From Candidatus Zixiibacteriota bacterium (GTDB taxonomy: Bacteria; SM23-81), in NCBI GenBank assembly GCA_030628225.1, contig DAOVRJ010000003.1, positions 1 through 32,153 of the forward strand: DNA of 32,153 nucleotides. Direction: 5' to 3'. Positions 9,881 through 18,186 of the stretch are shown in pieces; the first letter of the stretch is position 1; the number at the start of each line of letters is the position of its first letter. Made by a program: the position numbers and the translations under genes. A model generated the notes under the pieces. The model searched no databases and had not been told where the DNA came from. It saw only the letters and a list, made by a program, of their open reading frames with translations.

Positions 9881-10588
9881 TTACCTCCCGGCCGACCTCA
9901 ACCTCTTAACCTCATTGGTGGAGAGGTGTCGCCACTGACCGCTACTCAATCCCTCGGTATTTATACCGGCGAAAATCATCCTGCGCAGGCTGATCACCGG
10001 ATGACCGATAGCCGCTAACATTCGTTTCACCTGTCGTTTCTTCCCGGTGGTAAGTTCCAGGTAAATTTCGCTGTGATCCGCTTTCCGATATAGCAATTTC
10101 GCCGTTGTTGCCCGGGATATTCCGTCATCGAGCTGGATGCCTTTCAAGAGGTTTTTAAGCTTACGATCATCGACAATTCCAATTACCTTAGCTTGATATC
10201 CTTTGATGATTTTGTGGCTGGGATGGGTCAGACGATGGGCCAACTCCCCGTCATTTGTTAGTAACAACACTCCTTCTGTGTCATAATCAAGACGACCAAC
10301 CGAAAAGACACGGCTCTTAATGCTATCCAGAAGATCGAAAACCGTGGATCTACCTTGAGGGTCAGCAGAGGTCACCAGGTAGCCAGCGGGTTTGTTCAGT
10401 AAAAGATAGAGCCGAGTCTTTTCTGCGGAAACCCTCACCCCGTCAAGAAAAACCTCGTCCCTTTCTGGGTTAACGCGCAGGCCCAGCTCTTTTACGCATT
10501 GCCCATTAACCTGGGCTCGACCCTCCAGGATGTATCGATCCGCCTGACGTCTGGATATTCCCCCGTGCTGGGCCAAGAATCTGTTCAA
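9881..10588 (-). CDS. rluB: rRNA pseudouridine synthase (RluB/RsuA family)
   Basis: S4 domain (ERLNRFLA...SRRQAD), LNKPAGY, catalytic GRLDYDTEG; follows scpAB. Start codon uncertain. Confidence 0.9.
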   Translation of the reverse strand: MNRFLAQHGGISRRQADRYILEGRAQVNGQCVKELGLRVNPERDEVFLDGVRVSAEKTRLYLLLNKPAGYLVTSADPQGRSTVFDLLDSIKSRVFSVGRLDYDTEGVLLLTNDGELAHRLTHPSHKIIKGYQAKVIGIVDDRKLKNLLKGIQLDDGISRATTAKLLYRKADHSEIYLELTTGKKRQVKRMLAAIGHPVISLRRMIFAGINTEGLSSGQWRHLSTNEVKRLRSAGR

Positions 10589-11156
10589 CCGCTCCTTCGT
10601 ATTCGGTCACCACACCCTCTGCCGCTTTCGGACTTTCTGTTAAAGAACTAAGCTCGCCTTTGGCAGGAAGATCCGTGATTTTATTAAGCCCGAAATAGCG
10701 CAAAAACTCATCCGTTGTCCCGTAAAGCAAGGGTCGTCCTACAGAGATCTTTCGACCCTTAACGGTAATTAGCTTTTTTTCCAACAGTGTATTCAGAACG
10801 CCATCTATGCAAACGCCGCGAAGACATTCTATCTCAGCGCGAACGATTGGCTGTTCATAGGCGATTATAGCCAGTGTTTCCAGTGCCGGCTGTGAAAGTC
10901 GGGAGTGAGATCTGCAGCGAAAAAGTTCTCGGACCCATGGAGCGTACTGAGGACGCGTGCAGATTTGATATCCACCGGCCAGCTCCAAGATCTGAAAGCT
11001 GCGCCCGCTCTGATCGTATTGTTTCTTCAGGCTCTCGATGGCTTCTTGGATCTGCCGAACATCCGTCTCCTTGATGATCGTCTGTAAAATTCCCACTGAT
11101 AATGGTCGATCGGAGGCGAAAAGCAGAGATTCTACGATACCCTTGGTTTGATTCAT
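10506..11156 (-). CDS. scpB: SMC-Scp complex subunit ScpB
   Basis: IVESLLFAS, AGGYQICTRP, LSQPALETLAIIAYEQP, GRPLLYGTTDEFLRYFGL. Confidence 0.95.
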   Translation of the reverse strand: MNQTKGIVESLLFASDRPLSVGILQTIIKETDVRQIQEAIESLKKQYDQSGRSFQILELAGGYQICTRPQYAPWVRELFRCRSHSRLSQPALETLAIIAYEQPIVRAEIECLRGVCIDGVLNTLLEKKLITVKGRKISVGRPLLYGTTDEFLRYFGLNKITDLPAKGELSSLTESPKAAEGVVTEYEGAVEQILGPARGNIQTSGGSIHPGGSSPG

Positions 11157-11947
11157 GAGCTGTTTTGGAAAGGATGATGGTAATCTCTAGCGACGCTCTT
11201 AATGTAGATCCAAATTTGACCGAAAGCTCGCTGCTGCTTGACAGAGACAAGCTGAGCTCGCATTAGCTCTAAGAGAGCCAGGAATGTGACTACCATAGCT
11301 GTGTTACGGGAGTCGGATCGAATCAAGTCTATAAAAGGAACTTTTTTTCGACTATGCAGAATAGTCAAAATATGATCAAAACGCTCCTTTACCGTATATT
11401 CGTCGAGTTCTACTTGGTGAGATTCCGCGAGCGACTCTTTTTCTACAATGTTCTTAAAGGCATCAATTAATTCGAAAAGACTTACATCTATGAGATCCTG
11501 CTCTGCTTCTTGCTCCGCCCACTCGGGCTCACCTGGCCGGGCATAAAGCAGGGTGCTCTGTTGTTCCTTCTCTCCCAGCGTCTGGGCTGCAGTCTTAAAA
11601 AGGCGGTATTCCAAAAGCCTGTTCACCAGTTCCTGACGGGGATCTTCCGGAAAGGAATCGTCCGTTTTGTCAGGCTGAGGCAACAACATCCGTGACTTGA
11701 GCGACATCAGGGTGGCAGCCATAACCAGAAAATCAGCAGCCACATCCAGTTGGAGAAGACGCATGAGCTTGAGATATTCTAGATACTCTGCGGTAATCCG
11801 GGCAATGGGAATGTCGTAGATATCAATTTGATCTTTATGAATCAAAAACAACAATAGATCCAAAGGGCCTTCGAAAAGGGGAAGTTTCACCTGATAACCG
11901 GTAACAGTTCTCCTCTTCTCAACGGTCATCGTTCTACCTTGAGTCAT
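11153..11947 (-). CDS. scpA: Segregation and condensation protein A (kleisin)
   Basis: FEGPLDLLLFLI...IDIYDIPI, FLVMAATL...KSRMLLP, VVTFLALLEL. Confidence 0.95.
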   Translation of the reverse strand: MTQGRTMTVEKRRTVTGYQVKLPLFEGPLDLLLFLIHKDQIDIYDIPIARITAEYLEYLKLMRLLQLDVAADFLVMAATLMSLKSRMLLPQPDKTDDSFPEDPRQELVNRLLEYRLFKTAAQTLGEKEQQSTLLYARPGEPEWAEQEAEQDLIDVSLFELIDAFKNIVEKESLAESHQVELDEYTVKERFDHILTILHSRKKVPFIDLIRSDSRNTAMVVTFLALLELMRAQLVSVKQQRAFGQIWIYIKSVARDYHHPFQNSS

Positions 11948-11969
11948 CGGCAGAACCCCCTATCTAATA

Positions 11970-12953
11970 TCACCGGATCTGCATAGCCTCTTTCACCTGA
12001 TCCATAGTTTCACGGGCAATGACGCGAGCTTTTCCAGCACCATCCTGAAGAATTTCTTCCACTTGAGAGATATTTGATTCCAGGATACGTCGCTTTTCTC
12101 GCATGGGACTTAAAAAATCCGTGATCTTCTTGATCAGGTTTTTTTTGTCGGCAACACAACCCAGTTTGCCACTGCGGCAAGCTCGCTCAATCTGATCTAT
12201 TTCCCCAGGGTTGAACTTCTTGTGATATGTAAAGACCGTACAGATCTCTGGATGTCCAGGATCGGAGATGTGAATTTTTTGAGGATCGGTGATGGTGGAC
12301 ATAATCTTTTTCTTGATCTGATCCGGCTCATCAGCCAACTGGATGGTGTTGCCCACCGATTTGCTCATCCGATTTCCGTCGGTGCCGGGAAGGCGACTAA
12401 AAGGTGTCAGCAAAGCCACTGGCTCCGGGAAGGTTTGCCCATATAAATTATTGAAACGCCGGGCTATTTCCCGAGTTAACTCAATATGAGGAGCTTGATC
12501 CTCCCCCACGGGCACCGCATTGGCCTTGTATATGAGAATATCGGCAGCCTGCAGAACGGGATAGCCCAGAAGGCCATAGCTTATATTTTCCCCCAGATGA
12601 AGATCTTTTATAACCTCTTTCAAAGTTGGATTTCGCTCCAGCCGCGCACTGGTGACAAGCATAGAGAACATCAGGTGGAGCTCTGCATGTTCGGGAACAT
12701 CAGACTGGACGAATATTAAGCTTTTCTCAGGATCGATGCCGGCGCAAAGCCAGTCTATAGTCATGTCCAGGATGTTTTGGCGAATGTCCAAGTTTTTCTC
12801 AAAACCCGTCGTCAGGGCATGCCAGTTGGCCACCATGTGAAAGTTTTCATACTCGTCCTGAAGACGTACCCAGTTTTCCAAGGCACCGGCAAAATGCCCC
12901 AGGTGTAATTTTCCGGTAGGCCTCATCCCACTTAATATTCTCTTCTTAGCCAT
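11970..12953 (-). CDS. trpS: Tryptophan--tRNA ligase
   Basis: SGMRPTGKLHLGH, YPVLQAADIL, VPVGEDQ, RMSKS (KMSKS variant). Confidence 0.97.
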   Translation of the reverse strand: MAKKRILSGMRPTGKLHLGHFAGALENWVRLQDEYENFHMVANWHALTTGFEKNLDIRQNILDMTIDWLCAGIDPEKSLIFVQSDVPEHAELHLMFSMLVTSARLERNPTLKEVIKDLHLGENISYGLLGYPVLQAADILIYKANAVPVGEDQAPHIELTREIARRFNNLYGQTFPEPVALLTPFSRLPGTDGNRMSKSVGNTIQLADEPDQIKKKIMSTITDPQKIHISDPGHPEICTVFTYHKKFNPGEIDQIERACRSGKLGCVADKKNLIKKITDFLSPMREKRRILESNISQVEEILQDGAGKARVIARETMDQVKEAMQIR

Positions 12954-12987
12954 AATTTCCTTAAAAAACCAGGGGGTCCATTACCAA

Positions 12988-13497
12988 TTATTCCATGAAC
13001 AAATAACGACACCAGCGTTGATCTGATATACCGATGAAACATCTTATGAAGGTTAGATAATTTGGTCTGCGTGGTCTACGCAACAAGACCATCCCCGCTT
13101 CCTCCGGTGTTTGCTGTCCCTTTCTGTTATTACAACGGGCACAGGCACAGACCAAATTTTCCCAACTGTCTGCTCCGCCTTGATTTTTAGGTATAACATG
13201 ATCCAGCGTCAGCGGCTGGCGCTTTTGGCCACAATATTGACATCTATAACCATCGCGTTTGATGATGTTTTTTCGCGTAAGCAGAATCTTTTTTCTGGGG
13301 ATCGCGATATACATGAAGAGTCGGACAACACTGGGCATGGGATAAGTTTTCGATACGGTGTGTATCTCCAGCGCATCCCGCTCAACTATTTCAGCTTTGC
13401 CCAAAAATACCAGCACGATGGCTCGCTTTGTAGTACAGATACTAAAAGGCTCATAGTTTTGATTTAGCACCAGAACATAACCGTTTAGCATCAGCAT
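12988..13497 (-). CDS. HNH endonuclease (McrA-like)
   Basis: VLVLNQNYEP N-terminus; RDGYRCQYCG...TLDHVIP..GG..WENLVCAC..CNNRKG. Start may be ATG 13491, coupled to the upstream TGA. Confidence 0.9.
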   Translation of the reverse strand: MLMLNGYVLVLNQNYEPFSICTTKRAIVLVFLGKAEIVERDALEIHTVSKTYPMPSVVRLFMYIAIPRKKILLTRKNIIKRDGYRCQYCGQKRQPLTLDHVIPKNQGGADSWENLVCACARCNNRKGQQTPEEAGMVLLRRPRRPNYLTFIRCFIGISDQRWCRYLFME

Positions 13498-14330
13498 TCG
13501 CCAAGCAAACCTCTCACAACTCTCCTGGCCCCAACGTATTTAGCACGCAGGAAAGCATCGTAATCATCTGCGGATGGCTCCAGGCTGCCGGTCCTGACGT
13601 AGCCAAGACAATGAATGAATTTACCGCCCTGGATATGAATAGTTACATGAGTTATTCTGTCACTATCTTGTGGTCGAAAGAAAAGAAGATCTGCCGGCAT
13701 TAAATTCTCTCGGCAGGAAACCTCTTGACCACTGGAGAATTGCTGGTGAGCATCACGCGGCAGTTGAAATCCATTGAGCCCAAAAACGGTCTGCACAAAC
13801 CCTGAACAGTCAAAACCTTTGGGAGTTGCCCCCCCCCACATATAGGGAAGACCTGTGAAACTTCGTGCTGTTCTGATAATCTCCTCTGAACTACCCCCTC
13901 CCATATGTATCAGATCTGCCCGATCAGAGATGTCTCTGTTGGCAATCCAACCATGGCGTCCATCTGGCAGGGCCACCTGATTCCACCGATCGCCCTTTCC
14001 AACCAAGAGGAGCTCCGTTCCCATTACCACATCGCTTACCGGGATCGATGTTTTTTGCCGTCGAGACAGAATTAAAGCTACCTGGGAGCTGACCATCACT
14101 TTGCGGCTATTTGCCCACTGGTGAACCAATTCTTCTTTGCATAGTTGCAAGAGCGGTTCGTTAATCCAACCCACATACCCATCTGGTAGACGCACCTTAT
14201 ACCAGTCCTGATGCTGATCTAACAACTCCAGGGCCATTCCCATTATGGTTTGAGTCACCTGTTCCGCTCTCAGATCAGGTTCCCTACGAACATCGGCAAC
14301 GCTGACCTTGACCAATGCCCACGAGCTCAA
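13491..14330 (-). CDS. SH3b + NlpC/P60 (C40) peptidase, YkfC/dipeptidyl-peptidase VI-like
   Basis: Two SH3b-like repeats (WYKVRLPDGYVGWI, WNQVALPDGRHGWI), PYMWGG, GFDCSG catalytic Cys, ITHV/FIH His residues. No signal peptide. Confidence 0.88.
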   Translation of the reverse strand: MSSWALVKVSVADVRREPDLRAEQVTQTIMGMALELLDQHQDWYKVRLPDGYVGWINEPLLQLCKEELVHQWANSRKVMVSSQVALILSRRQKTSIPVSDVVMGTELLLVGKGDRWNQVALPDGRHGWIANRDISDRADLIHMGGGSSEEIIRTARSFTGLPYMWGGATPKGFDCSGFVQTVFGLNGFQLPRDAHQQFSSGQEVSCRENLMPADLLFFRPQDSDRITHVTIHIQGGKFIHCLGYVRTGSLEPSADDYDAFLRAKYVGARRVVRGLLGEC

Positions 14331-14372
14331 TTCTAAAATCTCCGCAGGATATTAATAGCCCTAATTCCATTC

Positions 14373-14401
14373 AAATTACAACATTAATTCTGTATTGTCA
14401 A
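14373..14401 (-). promoter_or_regulatory. Putative sigma70 promoter for the NlpC/P60-trpS-scpAB run
   Basis: Minus strand TTGACA-17 nt-TAATTT, just downstream of a terminator. Confidence 0.5.
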
Positions 14402-14425
14402 CGCTTTTTTGGGCTTTTCAGGATC

Positions 14426-14456
14426 AAAAGAGTCCCCGATGGAAACTGGGGACTTA
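14426..14456 (-). terminator. Intrinsic terminator after TonB receptor 2
   Basis: Minus strand AGTCCCC-agtttccatc-GGGGACT-CTTTT. Confidence 0.7.
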
Positions 14457-14486
14457 ATTTTCGTTTAGCAAGTGAAATCAGCGCCA

Positions 14487-16403
14487 TCAATCCCAAAACT
14501 CCCAGGAAAGCCCTCCATAAAAAGCCCTGCCAGGAAGAGGATAGCCCGAGCGAAGAAAATATTTCTCATCTCCTAAGTTCTCTGCCAACAGATAAATCTG
14601 GAAATTACTGAGTATACGCGCGGTCACCTTTCCGTTGTACAGGAAGTTTGAGTTCAGTTTCTGTCCCTCATTAGCGTCTGCGTACCGGACCCCCATATAT
14701 TCAATGCCCAACCTGGCAGTTACATCCAGCTCATTTCGAATCAGATTCATGCCATACTGCACATAGCCAGCTATCTTATGCTGCGGTTGATAGGGCAAGC
14801 GCCTGTCCAGTAAATCGTCTTTAGCATCCAGGAAAGCATATGTCAATGAAGACTGCAGTCGATCAAGATACTTCACAGTGACCTGGCCCTCAAAACCCTT
14901 AATGATGGCCTGCGACTTGTTCACGGGCATCCAGCAGCCGTAGACATAGCTTTCGTCCACATTGTCCCATTGTATGAGATCGCTAACTTCCCGGCGGAAA
15001 AAGCATCCGTTCCCGGTGAACAGGCCGGCTTGTATCCGCCCTCCGATCTGAAAAGCCACCGCCTTTTCGGGCTTAACGTCTACGTTGCCGCTTTCCCCGT
15101 AATCTAACTTTCCGTCCAGATCATAATCGATATTGCTCTTAGGCCAATAGAGATCATTGAAGGTCGGGGTCCTGTATGAGCGCCTAAAGGAGGTAAAAAG
15201 GGAAGCGTGGTTTCCAGCCAACCAGGTGATGGTCAGGTCGGGGCAGAACTGATCGTCGAATTTCTCATGGTAGTCATATCGACCGGCGAGCCTAAACTTT
15301 ACATTACTACGTAATGTCAGTTCTTCCTGAAGGAACATGGCCCCGCGATACAGGTCGTGGCAGCCGTTTTCCGAGGAATCAAGGCGTCTGTTCTGGATCT
15401 CCCCCCCAACCGTCATTTTATGGGCGCTGCCAAAGGAAAAGCTATTTTGGAGTTCGATTCCGTAAATCCATCGCCTGTGTTTTGCCTCGGTGAAGAAATC
15501 AGGGTTTTTATACTCCTGTCGGCTGTAGTTTCGGTAGATGATTGAGCGAAAGCTATTTTCTAAGCCCTTACAGAACTGCAGGGTGATGGCCTGATTCCAG
15601 TTTTGATCCTCCTGGTGTGCGTTTGGAGTGGGCATTATGTCCATGCCGGGAACGCCAAGATCTGCATCATAGAGATGTGTTCTATATGTAATAAGCCCCT
15701 TTTCGCCCAAGGAACAGCTGAGCTTACCGGTCATATGCCGTCCCTCGAAGTCGCTGTTATCTCTGAAGCCAGCGGATTTTATTGATGAACCCATGAGGTT
15801 GAGACCAAAACGCTGACCAAACAGTCGAGCAAATCGAGCGGCGACTTTTTCCAGATCGCCAGCCCCTTTCTGGTATTTTATATGCGTTAAAGGCCTTTCA
15901 TAGATGGTGGATCGAGTAATGATGTTGACTACGCCCCCCAGAGCATCTGCCCCGTACAGAGAAGAAACCGCCCCTCGAACCACCTCTATACTCTGCACAT
16001 CTTCCAGGGGAATAAGATTCAGATCAAACCCACCGAGTTGAATATCGTTGATTGGTACCCCGTCTATCATGATCAATACCTGTCCGGAAGTGCTGCCGCG
16101 CAAGCTCAGACTCGCATTTTGTCCTATGCTCCCATAAGTTCCCACACTGACGCCGGGCAATAGTTTTAGAACATCACCTAAGTGTTGAGCAGAAGATTGT
16201 TCGATATCGGCGCTGGTCAGAACATCCACATTGGCGTCGCTCTCCCATAGGGTATGAGGCGTCCTTGTGGCCGTGACCACTATTGGTTGAAGCTGATAGT
16301 CGACCTGCTCCCCCGCTGTTGCGATAGAGGCCTGATCAGAATTCGCCCCTGCGGTGGAGGTTGATAGAGCCAAGACCAATGAGAACATCAACGGAAGACG
16401 CAT
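14487..16403 (-). CDS. TonB-dependent receptor 2, BtuB-like
   Basis: Signal peptide, TonB box LQPIVVTATR, plug motifs LRGSTSGQVLIMIDG and IEVVRGAVSSLYGADALGGVVNIIT, PTFNDLYWP, GYPLPGR. Substrate inferred from context. Confidence 0.88.
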   Translation of the reverse strand: MRLPLMFSLVLALSTSTAGANSDQASIATAGEQVDYQLQPIVVTATRTPHTLWESDANVDVLTSADIEQSSAQHLGDVLKLLPGVSVGTYGSIGQNASLSLRGSTSGQVLIMIDGVPINDIQLGGFDLNLIPLEDVQSIEVVRGAVSSLYGADALGGVVNIITRSTIYERPLTHIKYQKGAGDLEKVAARFARLFGQRFGLNLMGSSIKSAGFRDNSDFEGRHMTGKLSCSLGEKGLITYRTHLYDADLGVPGMDIMPTPNAHQEDQNWNQAITLQFCKGLENSFRSIIYRNYSRQEYKNPDFFTEAKHRRWIYGIELQNSFSFGSAHKMTVGGEIQNRRLDSSENGCHDLYRGAMFLQEELTLRSNVKFRLAGRYDYHEKFDDQFCPDLTITWLAGNHASLFTSFRRSYRTPTFNDLYWPKSNIDYDLDGKLDYGESGNVDVKPEKAVAFQIGGRIQAGLFTGNGCFFRREVSDLIQWDNVDESYVYGCWMPVNKSQAIIKGFEGQVTVKYLDRLQSSLTYAFLDAKDDLLDRRLPYQPQHKIAGYVQYGMNLIRNELDVTARLGIEYMGVRYADANEGQKLNSNFLYNGKVTARILSNFQIYLLAENLGDEKYFLRSGYPLPGRAFYGGLSWEFWD

Positions 16404-16484
16404 AATTCAGTCTCCTAGAACATATCCGATACAGAATATACGCACTTTCTTCGTCACTGGTGTGAGCCAAAATATCTTTTCATA

Positions 16485-16513
16485 AATATGGGCTACCTGA
16501 GAGCATTTGTCAA
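16485..16513 (-). promoter_or_regulatory. Putative sigma70 promoter for receptor 2 with a palindrome over the -35
   Basis: Minus strand TTGACA-17 nt-CATATT; CATTTG-T-CAAATG inverted repeat at 16504-16516. Confidence 0.5.
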
Positions 16514-16621
16514 ATGATTCTCTTTAAGATTGAAAAAAAGAGCTTGAGAGCACTACAACAACCAGATATTTGTTATGTGGGATATACTTCTACCATTCCA
16601 ACAAAAAGGCGACCTTTTTGC

Positions 16622-16659
16622 AAAAGAACGGGCAAAATGCCTTGAGACACTTTGCCCGT
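16622..16659 (-). terminator. Intrinsic terminator after the 442-aa propeller gene
   Basis: Minus strand ACGGGCAAAGTGTC-TCAA-GGCATTTTGCCCGT-TCTTTT: 14-bp stem with two G-U pairs and a U-tract. Confidence 0.8.
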
Positions 16660-16721
16660 GAATTATGCGATAAACTACCAGCTGTCAAGAGATAGGGGCG
16701 AGTTTTGCCCTCCTACCCTTC

Positions 16722-18050
16722 TCATTTCATATTGCCCAAGCTTTTGTCAAAGATACCTACCCGGTTGGAATCTTCGTTCTCTTCAGCTCCCTTTCGTGCT
16801 CGCACCAGATAATACCGGGACTCGGTCGGTGGCGTTGGGTCCGTCCATTTATCTTCTGTAGTAGAATCTGCGGGAGTTGTGGGCGCAAAGTTAGGATCTA
16901 GGTCATCGCTATAAATGCGATATATATCCACCCCGTTCTTGGCGGTCCAGGACAGTTGAAATGTCCCTTTGTCCTTGATGATCGTCAAATCATCTATTGG
17001 GCCCATGTATGCTTCCATTATGGTCATATCTTGAGCTCCATCGCCGAAGCCATAGGTAGCCATAACAGTATCCCCGTGGGGGCAAAACCTCTGCACGGCA
17101 TCGTCCATGTAATTGTTGACATAAATCACGTCCTCGATCTGATCATAAAACAGGCGCATTGCCCCATCTCCTACCCGGATAGGATTGATACTGTTATGAT
17201 AAACAGTGTCGGCGTAAATATCGTAAGTGTACAGAAATCCGTTGACAAAATCGCCCCAGTCGCAGAGATAAACCTGGCCATCGATCGTGACGATGATATC
17301 TCCGGGAGCTCCGCCAATTTCCACGGTGTCAACCACAGCTGGCCCACCGTCGGGACCGGCCCAACGGTCAATAATGCAGATCTTTCCGGCTTCGCTGACA
17401 TAATCGCCGGTGCAGACCACGTAAACTCTGCCATCCGGTCCCAGAGCAAGGTCCTGGGCATTTATGGGCACCGCCAGGGTTGTGGTCACCGTATCGGCGC
17501 TGACGTCGATGACGGAAACTGATGAGGCATCGTATTTCGCCAGAGAGGTGTCCACACCAGAGTTGGTCACAAAGGCGGTGTCTCCCAACACCAGAACCCC
17601 CTGAGGTCTCGGTCCCACGGGAATATCTTTCTCTATGATGCTGTTCTCCAGATCCACCACAGATACCGTGTTGAGCAGCCAATTGGTCACATATGCCCGT
17701 TCGTCGCTAACGAAGTCCATGAACCAGGGATTGCTTGTATCGGCCAAAGCAATTCTCTTCTCCACCTGGTCACAGAGGGGATTGATGATCATGATCTCCG
17801 GCGGATCGGAATTGACCACGTAGACCCTTTTCTGGTGAGCGATCACCTGATTGGGAACATCACCCAGGGCCAAAACATCGTTGGTGATCTGGCTGTTTTC
17901 CAGATTCATCTTAGAAAGTGTTTTGGCCGACCCATTCATCACGTAAAGAGTTCTGGGGACATCAGCGCCGTTTGCATTTGAAGTGGCAATAAATAATATG
18001 ATATAAATCATCATGAACATCGTTCTCATCATGATACCTTTCATGATCAT
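16722..18050 (-). CDS. Secreted YncE/BtuG-like beta-propeller protein with C-terminal FN3/Ig-like domain
   Basis: Signal peptide ending ANG; YVTN-type repeats (RVYVVNS, RAYVTNW..NTVSVVDL, IPVGPRPQG, AFVTNSG); C-terminal LSWT...YRIY...YYLVRA...SNRVG module. Confidence 0.8.
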   Translation of the reverse strand: MIMKGIMMRTMFMMIYIILFIATSNANGADVPRTLYVMNGSAKTLSKMNLENSQITNDVLALGDVPNQVIAHQKRVYVVNSDPPEIMIINPLCDQVEKRIALADTSNPWFMDFVSDERAYVTNWLLNTVSVVDLENSIIEKDIPVGPRPQGVLVLGDTAFVTNSGVDTSLAKYDASSVSVIDVSADTVTTTLAVPINAQDLALGPDGRVYVVCTGDYVSEAGKICIIDRWAGPDGGPAVVDTVEIGGAPGDIIVTIDGQVYLCDWGDFVNGFLYTYDIYADTVYHNSINPIRVGDGAMRLFYDQIEDVIYVNNYMDDAVQRFCPHGDTVMATYGFGDGAQDMTIMEAYMGPIDDLTIIKDKGTFQLSWTAKNGVDIYRIYSDDLDPNFAPTTPADSTTEDKWTDPTPPTESRYYLVRARKGAEENEDSNRVGIFDKSLGNMK

Positions 18051-18186
18051 GCTCCCTTTTTGGTCATGTTCACGCTCTATGTCATGAGAATAATAGCGGA
18101 TTTATCAGGAATTTCAAATCAAACGAGCTATCGGCTTTTTCTTGGCTTCCATGTGTTATCTCCCCCCTTTCAGTTCCACATGACCT

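Noticed and set aside
12988-13497. HNH nuclease as a mobile element or defence system
   Set aside because: No flanking repeats, methylase, intron or immunity gene; it is coupled into a housekeeping run and looks like the common stand-alone McrA-like family.
16660-16690. TTGACA...CATAAT as a promoter for a small RNA
   Set aside because: Spacer is only 15 nt and transcription would start inside the terminator hairpin.
16956-17522. 188-aa + strand ORF and the other short track ORFs nested in genes
   Set aside because: Antisense or alternate-frame overlaps of well-supported genes with no independent evidence.
18000-18100. Cluster of CATG/TCATGA words and the Met-rich N-terminus MIMKGIMMRTMFMM
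   Set aside because: No regular period or spacer structure; explained by a Met-rich signal peptide with an uncertain start, not a repeat array.
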